Below are positions 26,656 to 41,158 of a stretch of 64,000 bases of DNA, in pieces. The notes under the pieces are model-generated. The model made no database searches. It saw only the letters and a program-made list of their open reading frames with translations, and was not told the origin of the DNA. The first letter of the stretch is position 1. Each line of letters opens with the position of its first letter. The position numbers and the translations under genes are program-made. The stretch is taken from assembly GCF_006345805.1 (NCBI RefSeq), contig NC_043008.1, positions 67,084,001 through 67,148,000 of the forward strand. The letters run 5' to 3'. This stretch comes from Octopus sinensis. Lineage: Eukaryota.

Positions 26656-26832
26656 ATATATATATATATATATACGATGGGCTTCTTTCAGTTTCCGTCG
26701 ATCAAATCCACTCACAAGGCTTTGGTCGGCCCGAGGCTATAGTAGAAGACACTTGCCCAAGGTGCCACACAGTGGGACTGAACCTGAAACCATGTTGTTC
26801 GTAAGCAAGCTACTTACCACACAGCCACTCCT
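26409..26832 (-). mobile_element. SINE family B
   Basis: Same pattern. Further copies at about 14178-14570(-), 22370-22760(+), 24472-24810(-) and 39310-39712(+). Confidence 0.88.
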
Positions 26833-27896
26833 GGCCAATCTTGTTTCTTTTGTTTGTTTTTTTTACTGTATTTTTCATCCTTAGATTTCATTTCTGTTTG
26901 TTTGTTTGTTTTTTTTTCCTTTTTATTTTTACTGCATCTGGTATTTTCAGACATCCAACACAAGAGAGTCCAAGCTATAATTTTCCAAACAGCCATGTTT
27001 GATGACTTTATAATTATTATTTTCTTCTATGAAAGGTTTTTTAATAGACAAAAACTTTTGAGAACATGGATTGACTGTTGTGAAACTAAATTTATGATAT
27101 TGGTTTCAAATTTTGGCAACGAGGCCAGTAATTTCCGGAGAGGGGACAGATCAATTACATCGACCCCAGTTTTCAACTGATACTTATTTTATCGACCCTG
27201 AAAGGACAAAAGGCAAAGTGGACCTCAGCAGAATTTGAACTCAGAATTTACAGACAAGCAAAATGTTGCTAACCATTTTGTCCAGTGTGCTAACTATTTT
27301 GCCAGCTCACCACCTGCCTTAAATTTATAATATTGCATACATAATACACACAGACACATATTAATCAAAGTATATTGTACTGTACATCCATTACAGCCAA
27401 GAGGAATAAACAATCAAAGATGTCATTATTATCGTCATTTAATGTCCAGTTTTTCATGCTAGCATGGGTCAGACAGAATTTGTTGAGGTAGATTTTTTAT
27501 AGCTGGATGCTCTTCAGGCTGGTAATGCTCACCTGTTTCCAAGTAAGGTCATATTTTCCATATATGCTTTTCACTGACAATTAGAAATGACATCATTTGC
27601 ATGAGGAAGATGCTTGTTTGCAGTCATCATGTGAGGTCAGGCTATGAATACACACACACATACACAACCAGCTTCAGTTTTCATCTTCTAAATCCACTCA
27701 CAAGGCTTTGGCTAGCCCAGGGTTATAGAAGACATCTGCTGCACAGTGGGGCTGAACTCAAGACCACATAGTTGGGAAACAAGCTTCTTAACCCCACAGC
27801 CATACCTGCATATTTATTAAAGACATATGGAATATATTTGCATAAAATATTACATGACACTATGTGTGTGCAAGCATGCATGTCTCTCTCTCTCTC

Positions 27897-28922
27897 TTCA
27901 GTATTTAATCATTTAAATTCATCCTCTGAAGAAGGAGCTGGTTTCTGACAAAGATACGAAGCTCCATCTTTGGAATGTAGATAACATAAACAATGTCACA
28001 TTTTAAACCTGAGAAAAGTCTTGCATAGTTTTACTGTTCCCCTTACAAATTGCATTTGTAATGGGCAAATCAGTTGGTTGATTTCTTTTTCTGAAAATCC
28101 AAGCTTATCCAGACTGACAGTTAGGCATTTACTTACAAAACCAAGTGCACCAATTATTATTGGTATAAATGTAAATTTGTGTGAAGGAGCATAGCTCAGT
28201 GGTTAGAGCGTCGAGCTTACGATCGTGAGGTTGTGAGTTTGATTCCTGGACAAGGCTGTGTGTTGTGTTCTTGAGCAAGACACTTTATTTCTCACGTTGC
28301 TCCAGTAACTCAGCTGTAGAAATGAGTTGCAACGTCACTGGTGCCAAGCTGTATCAGCCTTTACCTTTCCCTTGGATAACACTGGTGGCGTGGAGAGAGG
28401 AGGCCGGTATGCATGGGTGACTACTAGCCTTCCACAAACAATCTTGCCCAGACTTGTGCCTCAGAGGGTAACTTTCTAGGTGCAATCCCATGGTCTTTCA
28501 TGACTGAAGGGAGTCTCCTCCTCCTCCAAATGTAAATTTGTAATCCACATACAGAAGCTGGAGGGTTTCAAAGCAGTTGTCCATAGTTATCCTCTTTCTC
28601 TTTGATTTTCAAAGAGATGTTCACATCAGCAGGACAGCTGACCTCTATGATGGTACATGCTTTTTCTTGTCTGTCCCAAGCAACAATATCCATCCTCTTA
28701 TGTTTACACTTGACAGATATTTTTATGGGAATGTTCCACCAGCATTCATTGTGCTGGTATTAGTGTATGTGTTCAATAACAGGTTTCTCTGTATTTATTC
28801 CAGGACAGTCTTTTTTCTAAATAGCATTGTACATTGTTTTTGCAACAACATCATGTCACATAGGAAGGTAGTACTTTGATGACATTTTTGGGCTACTGCT
28901 AATCACATGTGATGTCTTCCAC
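27897..28922 (-). mobile_element. Second R4/Dong-type fragment, interrupted by a SINE at 28181-28528
   Basis: Minus strand translates VEDITHVISSSPKMSSKYYLPM*HDVVAK; the RLE region and 3' UTR align with 57289-57888. Confidence 0.75.
28181..28528 (+). mobile_element. SINE family D
   Basis: Head GTGAAGGAGCATAGCTCAGTGG; 13-bp TSD AATGTAAATTTGT. Confidence 0.9.
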
Positions 28923-30197
28923 AAAAATATGACATAGTCTACATTTACAGTTGGCACAGATATTGTTTTCTCTCTACCAAATGTCATTCACAAGGTATTT
29001 ACTGATAAGCCTAGGGCTACATTAGAAGACTCCAGTTCAATGTCTTGTGCAGTGCAGCTGCATATTTTTGAAAAGAAAGCCTTTTAACCTCATCATCCTT
29101 TGAAGGGTCTTAGGTAAACAGATTAACCTCAGGACTTATTTTCAAAAGCCTGGTGTTTATTCAAAGTCTTTTGCCAAACTACTAAGTTACTGGGATGTAA
29201 ACAAACTAACACTGGTTGTCAATCAGTGGTGGGGGACAAACACACACACACACACATATGGATGTATATACACAATGGGCTTCTTTCAGTTTCTGTCAAC
29301 CAAATCCACTCACAAGGCCTTGGTCACCTTGGGGCTATAGTAGAAGACATGTAGTGGGACTGAACCCAGAACCTATCAATAAAAAAAAAAGACAGAATCT
29401 TAGGAAACTGTGTAGACAAAAATTGCCGTGAGTAGAAAAAGACTATGACATTCCATGACTGTCCTTTTGTATGATAGAAAGAGGAAAGAAAATTAAGAGG
29501 AAAAAATTACTTTCTCTCTCTTCTTCAGACAAAAAGAACAACCCCAAAACTTCAGATTCTTCTTCTTTTTCCAATGTAAGAACTTCTCCAAACTCACAAA
29601 CTTTACTCTAGAATCACTGACCCATTCTTAATTGTTTAGTCTGATTCAACTATTTCTCTCTCACCCAAAACTTGTTAACCTCGCTCCAGCTCCACATCTC
29701 CCTCCTACCCCCTTGCATTTATGTAACGTGTAGATTTTGGAGTGGCTTCATGCATGGCTGCTACAGAACAAGGGAGAGGTTTTCTTATAGAAGAAGAAGA
29801 AGAAGCAGCAGCAGCAGCAGCAGCAAAACTGGCATAAAAACAAGATTGATTCAAATGTTAAAATGATTTCTTTATTCAGTACAATTTGTCTTTTCCTTTC
29901 TTTTTTTACCTTTTTTACCTTTCTGTTTCTTGCTTTACTTTTTGTTCTGCACTGCACAAAATAATTTTTGTCTGATGGGATATGTAGTTCTGCGATGTAT
30001 TTCATTTTAGTATATTATTAGCATGGTGGTGTGTGGATGAATGGTTAAAGTGTTGGACTCACAGTCATTAGGACATGAATTCAATTCTCAGCCAGCCGAT
30101 GCAGAGGTTCTTTGAGCAAGGCACTTTATTTTACACAGGACCAGTATAGTCGGTTTAAAATGAGTACAAGTGGCACCTGAGAGTTAACCCTACAAAG

Positions 30198-30510
30198 AAT
30201 TAAGTTAAGTTAATAAGTTAAGTTAATTTTTTAGCTCAAAAAGCAAAAAGCAAGGCCACGTAGGGAGACATGGAGTTATGTACAGGGGTGTTCATGCAAA
30301 GAGTTCAGGCCATTTCTGGTCAAGAGAGACTTTGAACTAAGCGGTCATCGGCATCTTCACTATCTTGTCCAGCAGCTTGATTCCACGGATCACAACCCGG
30401 ACGGAGAAAGCCCCTCTCCTTCGATGGCTTCTCATTCAGGGGAAGTTTTGTACCGTCAATCTTGAAAATCTGGATTGTCCCCAGCCTCATGAAACCAGTC
30501 AGTTTGAGGT
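30198..30510 (-). mobile_element. CR1-type LINE 3' end
   Basis: Minus strand (with frameshifts) RRRGAFSVRVV..PWN..KLLDKIVKM..FKVSLDQKWPELFA*, short 3' UTR and a (TTAAC)n tail. Confidence 0.7.
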
Positions 30511-32065
30511 AGATTTCATCATAATATCAGTGGGAAAAGCACGAAGTTCAAAACTTCTACTGGCCACAACCTCATAAATTTAAATGGCTACTGCTGATAA
30601 TGAGAGGTGAGGCAACCGATTCTCTTCATTACACTATCGTGATATAAACATATCTGTTCACCATAACAAAGAACCTATTTTAATAAAAGACATAAAAATT
30701 GTGAAGAATTTTACTGCCAAAATAAACATTGAAATTTGCATGGAGATAAGATTCTGCAGGAAACTTAATTTCCTTTCGCAAGATAAGACCTGTTTGAGCT
30801 CATACGAAACGATAATGAAATTTTCTTCAATTCAAGGAATCATACTGGTATAATCTAATTTGAAATGACATGCAGGAAGCCTAAAGGAGAAACCGTTTCA
30901 GTAGGAAAATGTCTATATAATTGCTTGTAGCAGACAAGAGTTTCTTGGCAGAAATAAAGATATCCGAAAGGGTTTTACTCAATTTTACTGTTAGTGATAA
31001 CATTTCAACTTTGAATATATTTGCTAAATATTAAATTGGCTAGCTTGTTTTTACTGCTTGCTCTGTCCTGTGTCTATAAAATGAAATAGTTACAATTGTA
31101 TATCATACTCATGTTAATAGAAATAAAATAAAATAAAGATGGCAGCCATCGTTTTATTCGTCTTTCTTTAGTTTTATTTAGTTTTCCATTTCTTTTACTA
31201 GATAATTCTGAAATACCTCAGACCTATTGAGCTGCCAGGATTACAGTACCAGATGTCGAATAAAACTGACACAAATTACATAAAGTATTAACATTTCCAA
31301 AAGCCAAAAGGAAACAAAAATAAGAAGAGAAAGTGAAACGCAAAAATAAACTTTGAAACAGAACTGAACATGAAATAGTTGAAACTAGAAAACGTAATTA
31401 ATGTGTTTGTGTTTGAGAACAACAAGACGTACATTCAGAAATGTAAATTTAGTATACAATGTTTAAACAAGGTAAATTAATGATACTCGTAAATCTGAGA
31501 GGAAACCCTGAGGCGCCATTTAATTGCTGTTTGTTGCCCTACCACACCTTATTTCGTCTAATAGTCTGTGGAGAGAATAGATGTATTATGATAGCCTGTG
31601 GAGAATAGGTACCCAGTATTATTGCTACTGAACAAAATACACTTGTCATGCACTAACTTTTGCTTATATTCCTATCAACAACTCTACTTTTCCATGTTGC
31701 AGATAGACATTTTTTATATATATATCATCATCATCATCATCATCATCATCACTTAACATCCATTTTCCATGCTGGTATGGGTTAGATGGTTTGATAGGAG
31801 CTAACCAGCTGAAGGACTATTCAGGCTCCGTGTTTGTTTTGGCATGGTTTCTACAGCTGGATGCCCTTCCTAATGCCAACCACTTTACAGAGTGCACTGG
31901 GTGCTTTTACGCAGCACTGACATGAATGCTTTTTATGTGGCACTAGTATGTATGTATGTATGTATGTATACACACACACTCATGTGTTTGTATGCATGTA
32001 CATCTATATGTATAAATATGTGTGTGTGTGTGTATCTGTCTATCATCTGACGTTAAATGATACAT

Positions 32066-32143
<78 letters not shown>

Positions 32144-32857
32144 GTCTTTGTGTGTTTGTGTGTGAGGGGTAATTGTATGTTCTTACTTCAAAAGCCAGGG
32201 AGAACCAAAGTTTAAGGCCAAAGCACTCAATTAGGGCAAATGTATTTATTAAAACAGTGACTCAACAAGACAAGTCTTGTGAGAGTAGATCTTCAGATAT
32301 TACGGGACCAGTGACCTTCCACAAATGTACTCTGTACGCATGAACTGAATTACAGTAATATGTGTGTGTGTGTGTGTGTGTGTGAGTGTGTTTGCAATTC
32401 AGTTTACATACTATCGACAAAAATATTCCAATATCATATGCATTCAATTCCATAACTGATGCAACATATGAATATGATATTATTTGGAGAAATTTACTGC
32501 TCAATGTAATAAAGATAATATGTATTAAAATTTCTTTTTCTATAATAAAATATGAGTGTTAATGACATTATCTTGGTATAATATATTCCATTTCTTTGAC
32601 CTCTCCTTGCTTTCTTCCCAATGAAAACTAACAAGAAATTGTGACTATTTAATTCCAAAGAATTTTTCTAAAGAATAAAAAAAATCGGACAATGTTATCG
32701 ATTTTGAACACAAGTCATTGTCTATAAGAATTCTTCTTCCTTCTCTCAGTATTGCTCGAACTAATTTATAGTTTCCATAATCCATGCGTATTGTTAAGCC
32801 ATGCATTGGTTTTTCATCTGTCCTGAACTAGTCTAGCAGATCAGTTCCCCATTCAAT

Positions 32858-32899
<42 letters not shown>

Positions 32900-34440
32900 C
32901 AAACAGTCAGTACTGGAGTTCATCTTATGTGATTGGAGCAAAACCAGGCGATAATTTAATATGAAGTAATTACTCTTAAACTGCATCACTATTCTCCTCC
33001 TCTTGCTGGTTAAACAACTTAAACAACACCATTGATGTATTTTTCTATCTATTTTTGTAAATCACTTTCGCAAGTTGATTGACAAAAGCATTAGAGCATC
33101 AAATAAATGCCTCATAGTATTCGTTCCAGCACCTCACATCCCTCTGTAGCTAACTTTTCACTATCATTCTTCCAGGGTTGATAAAATGATGCACAAATCA
33201 AGCAGTGAAGCTGATTTAATATTCCTTAAGAGAACCTAGATGAGAATGGAATTATGATTCTTTTTAATTTTAGCAAGCGGCTAGCAGTTTTGAGGGGAGA
33301 AGGCAAGTGCAATTACACTGATCCCACTATATGACTGGTACTCTATTTTATCAACCTGAAAGGATGAAAAGTAAAATTGGGGACAGTAGGATTTAAGTTC
33401 ATCATATAAGAAACAGAAATAAATACTGCTAAGCATTTTGTCCAATGCACAAAATTCTGCCTGCATGCTGGAATTATAAAAAAAAAAACAAAAAAAAACA
33501 GAAAAAAAGCCCTTGAATCTCAGGGCAGTGCATAATCAAAACTGTTAGAGGGTCAGGCAAGATGCCTTGTGGTAAGCTCTTTGTGTTCTGACAGCAACAC
33601 CTGCAATGGCCTGCAAAGATACTAGTTTATTTATGCACCCTTTTCAAGCCTAGCCAGGCTCATGGGCCCAGTTTCCCAGTTTCTGTAGCATATGTGTTCC
33701 CCCCAGCTGGATGGGATGCCAGTCCATCACAGCATTACTCAAGAAACAGGAAGAAAGAGTGAGAGAAAGTTGGGGTGAAAGAGTACAATAGGGGTCGCCA
33801 TCACCCCCTGCCAGAGCCTCGTGGAGCTTTAGGTGTTTTCGCTCAATAAACACACACAACGCCCGGTCTGAGAATCGAAACAGTGATCCTCCAACCACGA
33901 GTCCGCTGCCCTAACCACTGGGCCATTGCACCTCCACAATGATACTAGTACCAAGTGGTATTGTCCCAAGTCAGTGGCTATCCCTTTGATAAACATTGGC
34001 AGCATACATAAGAGAGGAAATGATAGCACGAATGGGCAACAACTGGTATTCCTCTAAAAATCATGCACAGGCCTAAATATGTGTGCAGATGCATGGTCAG
34101 CACTGACCAACAAAGTCTCTAGTAAGTCAACAGTGACTTATTGATAGATAACCTCAGATCACAAAAAAATCAAAACATAGGCTCAGTTATGTGACTACAG
34201 AAGGACAGTCTAACAAGGAAGTAAAGTATTTATTGGGGGTTTTAAAAGAATTGAAAATCATAATATAATATTTAAGATGAAAAATTTCTAAACAAGACTG
34301 TGAGCTAATATATATATGAGATAACGTAATTGTCTTGAATCCTGAATTTCTGGAGGACATTATAGATTTATGTGAAGTTTAAAAAAAAAAAGCTACCACT
34401 GGAACATGAAACTGGATATCTTTTTTTTTTCTTTCTTTTT

Positions 34441-34632
34441 CTTTTTACTTGTTTCAGTCATTTGACTGTGGCCATGCTGGAGCAGCACCTTTAGTCGAGC
34501 AAATCGACCCCGGGACTTATTCTTTGTAAGCCCAGTACTTATTCTATCGGTCTCTTTTGCTGAACCGCTAAGTTACGGGGACGTAAACACACCAGCATCG
34601 GTTGTCAAGCAATGCTAGGGGAACAAACACAG

Positions 34633-34679
<47 letters not shown>

Positions 34680-34852
34680 CATATATACGACAGGCTTCTT
34701 TCAGTTTCCGTCTACCAAATCCACTCACAAGGCATTGGTCGGCCCGGGGCTATAGCAGAGGACACTTGCCCAAGATGCCACGCAGTGGGACTGAACCCGG
34801 AACCATGTGGTTGGTTAGCAAGCTACTTACCACACAGACACTCCTGCACCTA
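34441..34852 (-). mobile_element. SINE family B
   Basis: Same pattern. Confidence 0.88.
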
Positions 34853-35343
34853 CTTCTATTCTTTCAAGTTCACTAAAAGATTCAAATGAAAAAATCGAAA
34901 TGTGGGGGTTGGCCGATTAACCGGTTCTGCATTGGGTGATGTAGGTTTCTTTCTAACAGTAACAGAACAAAAACATTTAGACCTGTTTATTGTTCTTTAT
35001 CCTCACTGCGGTATCGTACAAGATCGATGTCACACAAGCTGAGGTAAAGGTTTTTATAGATAATAACAGCTTGGTGCAATGCACCATAAAAATTGGTGAT
35101 TTTATAAAAAAAACTTTTTATTGTCTTCATTTCCATATGCTTTATTACGGTTTGACTGAGATCTTATTGATTGTCTTAGCATTAAAATATGATGAAACCA
35201 TAAAGCAAGTGCTATAGCTTCAATGGGCTAATTTTCTAAAGCATGTTTTCACTGAAGCACTCTTTTATAGGACACATACATACTTAATGGAAGATTGACA
35301 GACATCTCCATGTTAGTTTAACTAGTAATTAAATTATATTTAA

Positions 35344-35793
35344 CCCTTTAGTATTCAAATTACTCTTTGAATATAAATGCTTGCCTTTTCATTGTTTTCA
35401 ATTAATTATGTATTATCACATAGCTTAATTTTTTTCAATCATGTAATTGTTTATTTTTGGAATGATATTATACAGTAGGAGTAAGAGGCCAGATCTAGCT
35501 GGTTTAAGCATAAAACAGGTACATTATTTGGGCTAGATAAGGTGGTGAGCTGGCAGAGTCGTTAGCATGCAGGATGTACTGCTTAGCTGCATTTTATCCA
35601 TCTTTATGTTCTGTGTTCACATTTTGCCATGGTTGACTTTGCCTTTCATCCTTTCAGAGTTGATAAAAATAAGTACCAGTTGAACACTGGGGTCGATGTA
35701 ATTGGCTTATCCCCTTCCCCGAAATTGCTGGCCTTGTGCCAAAATTTGAAACCAATATTTGGGCTAGATATGGTCAATTTAAATGCTAAAGGG
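35344..35793. mobile_element. piggyBac-like MITE interrupted by a plus-strand SINE (about 35539-35756)
   Basis: TTAA|CCCTTTAGTATT..AATGCTAAAGGG|TTAA; ATTTGGGCTAGATA is duplicated around the SINE. Confidence 0.7.
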
Positions 35794-36744
35794 TTAATTT
35801 TGCATTTTTTGCAAATCAGATGGTCAAAGGTGAACCAATTTCAATAATTCAGAGCCTTCTCATTGGCAGTTCAGATAATACCAAAGGCTGTTTCAGCATC
35901 ATTATCGGCCCCTGGGCAAACTAAGGCATTGAGCTCTATATCATTTATTTATTTTTTCACTTCTTTCACTTGTTTGAGTCATTTGACAGTGGCCATGTTG
36001 GAGCATTGCTTTGAAGGAGTTTAGTCAAACAAATCGACACCAGGATTTATTTCTTAAGCCTAGTACTTATTCTATCAGACTCTTTTGCCAAATTGGGGAC
36101 AAAAGCACAACAACACCAGTTGTGGTGATGGGGGTACAAACACAAAGACATACACACATAGTTACATACGTTCCAACCCATGCTAGCATGGAGAACGGAC
36201 GTTAAACGATGATGATGATGATGATGATCTGTTGAGGCAAGTGAAATTGAAATCGAAATCAAATTCGATGACAACACCGCATGACTGGCATCCGTGCCAA
36301 TGGAGTGCTAAGAGCACCATCCGAGTGTGATCGTTGCCAGGACTGCTAGCTGGGTCCCATGCTGGTGGCACGTAATAACACACCATTCAAGTGAGATCAT
36401 TACCAGTGTCGCCTTACTGGCCCTTGTGTTGGTGGCACATGGAAAACAACATTCGAGCAAGGTCGTTGCCAGTGCCGCTGGTCTGGCTCCTGTGCAGGTG
36501 GCACATAAAAACACCATTTCTTCCATAAAAGGAGGATATGTACCAGCTCTTTTCATGTTATTCTTCACACTTAATTACAGACATTTTTATTCTGATGTAT
36601 AATTTCATTTAATATTTTGTATTTGACATTATATACTTGACTTTATAAATTTGATATATGTATATTAATTCATAATTATAATGTATAATTTATAATTTTT
36701 TATTTTTAATGTTTAATTTAATGTTTAATTTAACACTTAATTTT

Positions 36745-36925
36745 GTCAAGCAGTACAGCATATCGTTTCCAAATTTCTGGCAGAGTGAATTACATCATGG
36801 TGCTGTTTTTCTCATGGATGGTGCCCAACTGACCCTACTATACTGTGTAGTCAACAAAATCAAAAATAATGTGCAAGCATGAAATTAAAAATATGAAATG
36901 GCAACAATTTACAAATCACACTCTG
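36745..36925 (-). mobile_element. Left-end fragment of the same maT family
   Basis: Reverse complement aligns by eye to 59244-59425. Confidence 0.7.
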
Positions 36926-37787
36926 TATATATATGTGTGTGTGTGTCTATGTCTGTGTGTGTATGTGTTGCTTCAAATCAGATAATAAATATTATGATAT
37001 ATTATTATACAGTTATATATATATTATTATACAGTTATATATATATATATTATTATTATTATTATTATTATTACTATACAGTTATATATATATATATATT
37101 ATTATTATTATTATTATTATTATACAGTTATATATATACACACAATAATGATAAATCATAGTAATTATATATACTCTGGGGTCTTGAATAATTGCTAGCA
37201 CATATTAATTTTTCAGATTTTTTCCATTTCCCCCACTTATTAATTTTTCAAATTTTTACTACACCCCTACTTTTATTCCCACCCCACCCCACTTGTTAAT
37301 TTTTAAGATCCCCACCACCACCACCACTACTGCTTTTATTCCAACCTGCCCCTCTTATTAAATTTTGCTAATCTATCTCCAGTGAAATTTTATTCTAAGC
37401 TATTCATATTGATACAACAGCTGGAGAATCTAATAATAATTTTATTTTACATTAAAAACTTTATATATATATATGACAAAAAAAAGACCATTTCGAGTAA
37501 TACCATATGTTATAAAATAAATAGGATATATAAACTAAACTAATTCTGGTTTTAAAAAAAATCAAGGGTGGCAGCCTAAAAAATTTTATATAATGATTTT
37601 TCATTTAGGCACAAGTCCAACAAGTTGTGGGGAGGGCCAAGTGGATTAAAATGACCCAGTCCATTACTGGTGCTTTATTTTATCGATCCCATAGGGATGA
37701 AAGGTAAAGCTAGCCTCAGTGGGATTGAACTCAGAACATAATGGATCATAACTCTATGATGCAAGGCACGTTGCCCAGTGCTTACCA

Positions 37788-38104
37788 ACAATTTACAATT
37801 GGCGTTAGGAAGGGCATCAAGTTGTAGAAACTCTGCCAGATCAGATTGGAGTCAGGTGCAGCCATCTGGTTTGCCAGACCTCAGTCAAATCGTCCAACTC
37901 ATGCTAGCATGGAAAGCAGATGTTAAACAATGATGATGATGATGATGATGATACAATGTCAAGAGAAAGAGATACAAACATAGACACACTCACACACCTA
38001 TACACATGCACACACACACACACAGATATATATACATATATACACAAGAGCCTTCTTTCAGTCTCAGTTGACCAAATCCAGTTTTGGCTTAGCTTAGACT
38101 ACAA
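37788..38104 (+). repeat. 317-bp local duplicate of 43625-44032
   Basis: About 6 substitutions; includes the unique linker ACAATGTCAAGAGAAAGAGATAC. Confidence 0.9.
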
Positions 38105-39837
38105 GGCCAGCAATTTAAAGGGAAAGAGAAAGTTGATTAAACTGATTCCTATTTCTAGTACAAAAGAACAAACTCTGAGAAATTCATTATTATTTTGACT
38201 AACACAAATTGTGAATCAGCATGACAAAAAAAAAAACAGATGACAGGAATGGATAGAAAACTTGGAGTGTTCTATTTATTTCCATAAAGCATGAAAGAAA
38301 AATATTCATCCACAGTATATTTAGCCAATGTTCATGCAGGGTTGAGCCTTCAACATTTTAGGGCATTGATAACCTTCAACCTTAAGAAGATCAATCATTT
38401 CAAGACACAACACACCTGCTTCAGGACACTTCGAAAACAAGGAAATTGCTGTCAGAAACCAGCCAAAGTTACATATTTTTTATTTTGCACAAGTGATAAT
38501 AGGAGCAGTTAATGCTTATTATAGTTTGCCTCCAAGTTTAATTAATCTACTTTTATGGTCTTGAAAGGCCCTTCATTTAATTTAATTAGGTAATTACCGA
38601 TAAATAAATTATGGTTAACTGTTATCATTTTAAGTTTTGTAATTCCCGGTATTTTAACTTTTTACTTTATGACCTAACCAGATTACTCATACAGTTATTA
38701 TATATTTAACTTAACCAGTAGTAGCCTTCCCCCCACCCCGTAGACAGACACGTACCACTAACTATTACAACTATTCAAATTGTATAACTAAATTTTTCAG
38801 TTGATCGAAAGGTTTTCAATGGGTTAACATGTAACAATTGGTATTGCCTTATTTTCTCTTTTTCTCTTGCTTTCTCATTTATTTTTCTTTATTTTTCTGC
38901 TCAAATGAAGTTCCACTATTTAAGTTGGTATAATTATTTACAATGATAATTATTATTATTGTAGTAATTAAGCCTGATTGTGCCCAAAATAGTGCAAAAG
39001 TGGTGGTGGAGGACAAACACATACACACACACACATACACGGCAGGCTTCTTTCAGTTTCTGTCTACCAAATCTAGTCACAAGGCTTTGGACGGCTTGAA
39101 GCAATAATAGAAGACACATGCCCCAAGTGTCATGTAGTGGGACTGAACCCATGGACATGTGGTTGTGAAGCAAACTTCTTACCACACAGCCACAATACAC
39201 ATATACACTTACATATACTTATATATGTACACATACATACACATTTTTATTTTGTTACAATTTTCTTTTTCTTAAATTGTTTTAATACTATGTTTGCTGT
39301 TTTATTGAATATTGTGGTAAGAAGCTTGCTTACCAGCAATGTGGTTCAGGGTTCAATCCCTCTGTGTGGTACCTTGCGAAAGTGTCTTCTACTATAGTCT
39401 CAGGCCAACGAAAGCTTTGTGAGTGGATTTGGTACACAGAAACTGAAAGAAGCCCATTGTATATGTGTATATATTTATGAGTGCATGTATTTATGTCTGT
39501 GTTTGTCCCTCCACCATCCCTTGACAACTGATGTTAGTGTGTTCACATCCCTGTAACTTGGCAGTTCAGCAAAAGAGACCAACAGAAGAAGTACTAAGCT
39601 TACAAAGAATAAGTTCTAGTGTCAATTTCTTTGACTAAAACACCCTTAAAGGTGGTGCTCTAAAATGGTCACAGTCAAATGACTGAAACAAGTAAAAGAA
39701 TAACAGAATTGATTTTTCGAGTCTAGTACTTATTCTATTGTTGTCTTCTTGCCAAACTGCCAAATTATAACATTGTAAACAAGTCAAAACTGGTCGTCAA
39801 GCATTAGGGAAACAAGAGCAAAGATGTACATGTGCAT

Positions 39838-39916
<79 letters not shown>

Positions 39917-40100
39917 GGGTTTCAACACCATTTACTCCTACCGAATTCACTCACAGGACATGGGGTGGCTTGGAGCTAAAGTAGTGGACACTTAGCCAAG
40001 GTGTGGTGCAGTAGGACTGAATGCGAAACCACATGGTTGCAAAGTGAATTTCTTGACCACACAGTCACACCTCTGCCTGTATAATATATACACATCATTA

Positions 40101-40513
40101 AGGTGGTGAGCTGGCAGAAACATTATCACGCCGGGCGAAATGCTTAGCGGTATTTCATCTGCCGTTACGTTCTGAGTTCAAATTCCGCCGAGGTCGACTT
40201 TGCCTTTCACCCTTTCGAGGTTGATAAATTAAGTACCAGTTACACACTGGGGATAATATAATCGACTTAATCCCTTTTCTGTCCTTGTTTGTCCACCCTA
40301 TGTTTAGCCCCTTGTGGGCAATAAAGAAATAAGAAACATTAGCATGCTGGGCGAAATGTTTAGCAGTATTTTGTCCATCTTTACATTCTGAGTTCAACTT
40401 TGCCTTTCATCCTTTCAGGGTCAAGCAATTAGGTACCAGTTGCATACTGGGGTTGATCTAGTCGACTGGCCCCCTCCCCCAAAATGTTGGGCCTTGTGCC
40501 TAGAGTAGAAAAG
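40101..40513 (+). mobile_element. SINE family A dimer with two different tails
   Basis: Junction AAAGAAATA|AGAAACATTAGC at about 40330; 18-bp flanks AATATATACACATYATTA at 40083-40100 and 40514-40531. Confidence 0.82.
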
Positions 40514-41099
40514 AATATATACACATTATTATGGAACTTATCAGGGTGAACTGGCAGAGTGGTTAGCACGCCAATACAAAAGGCTTAGTAGCATATTTCA
40601 GTTGTCTTTATATTCTGAGTTCAAATTCTGCCTTTCCTCCTTTCAAGGTGAAAGGCAAAATTTGAACTTTCAGGGTTTATGAAGTAAGATCCAGCTGAAC
40701 ACTGGAGCTAATGTAATCAACTAACCTCATTCCTAGTCATCCTCATCATCAACATTCGTTTTCCATACTGGCATGGGTTGGACAGCTTGACAGGAACTGG
40801 CAATGCTAGGGGCTGCACCAGGTTCTATAGTCTGTTTTGGTTTGATTTCTATAGCTGGATGCCCTTCCTATTGCCAACTACTTTATAGAGTGTACTGGGT
40901 GCTTTTTACGTGGCAACATCACTAGTGCTTTTTACATGGTACCAGCACTCACACCAATGCTTTTTATGTGATATCTTGGTTTTAGAATCTCAATTCTGTT
41001 GCAATGGACAGGTGTTCTCAAGTACAGCAATGCGCCACATACCTTGGACCTCAATCATCTCTTTTATAAGGATCAGCATTTTGAAATCAGCTTTCAGTA

Positions 41100-41158
<59 letters not shown>

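Noticed and set aside
36960-37140. TATACAGTTATAT x4 separated by (TAT)n
   Set aside because: An ordinary slippage-derived compound microsatellite.
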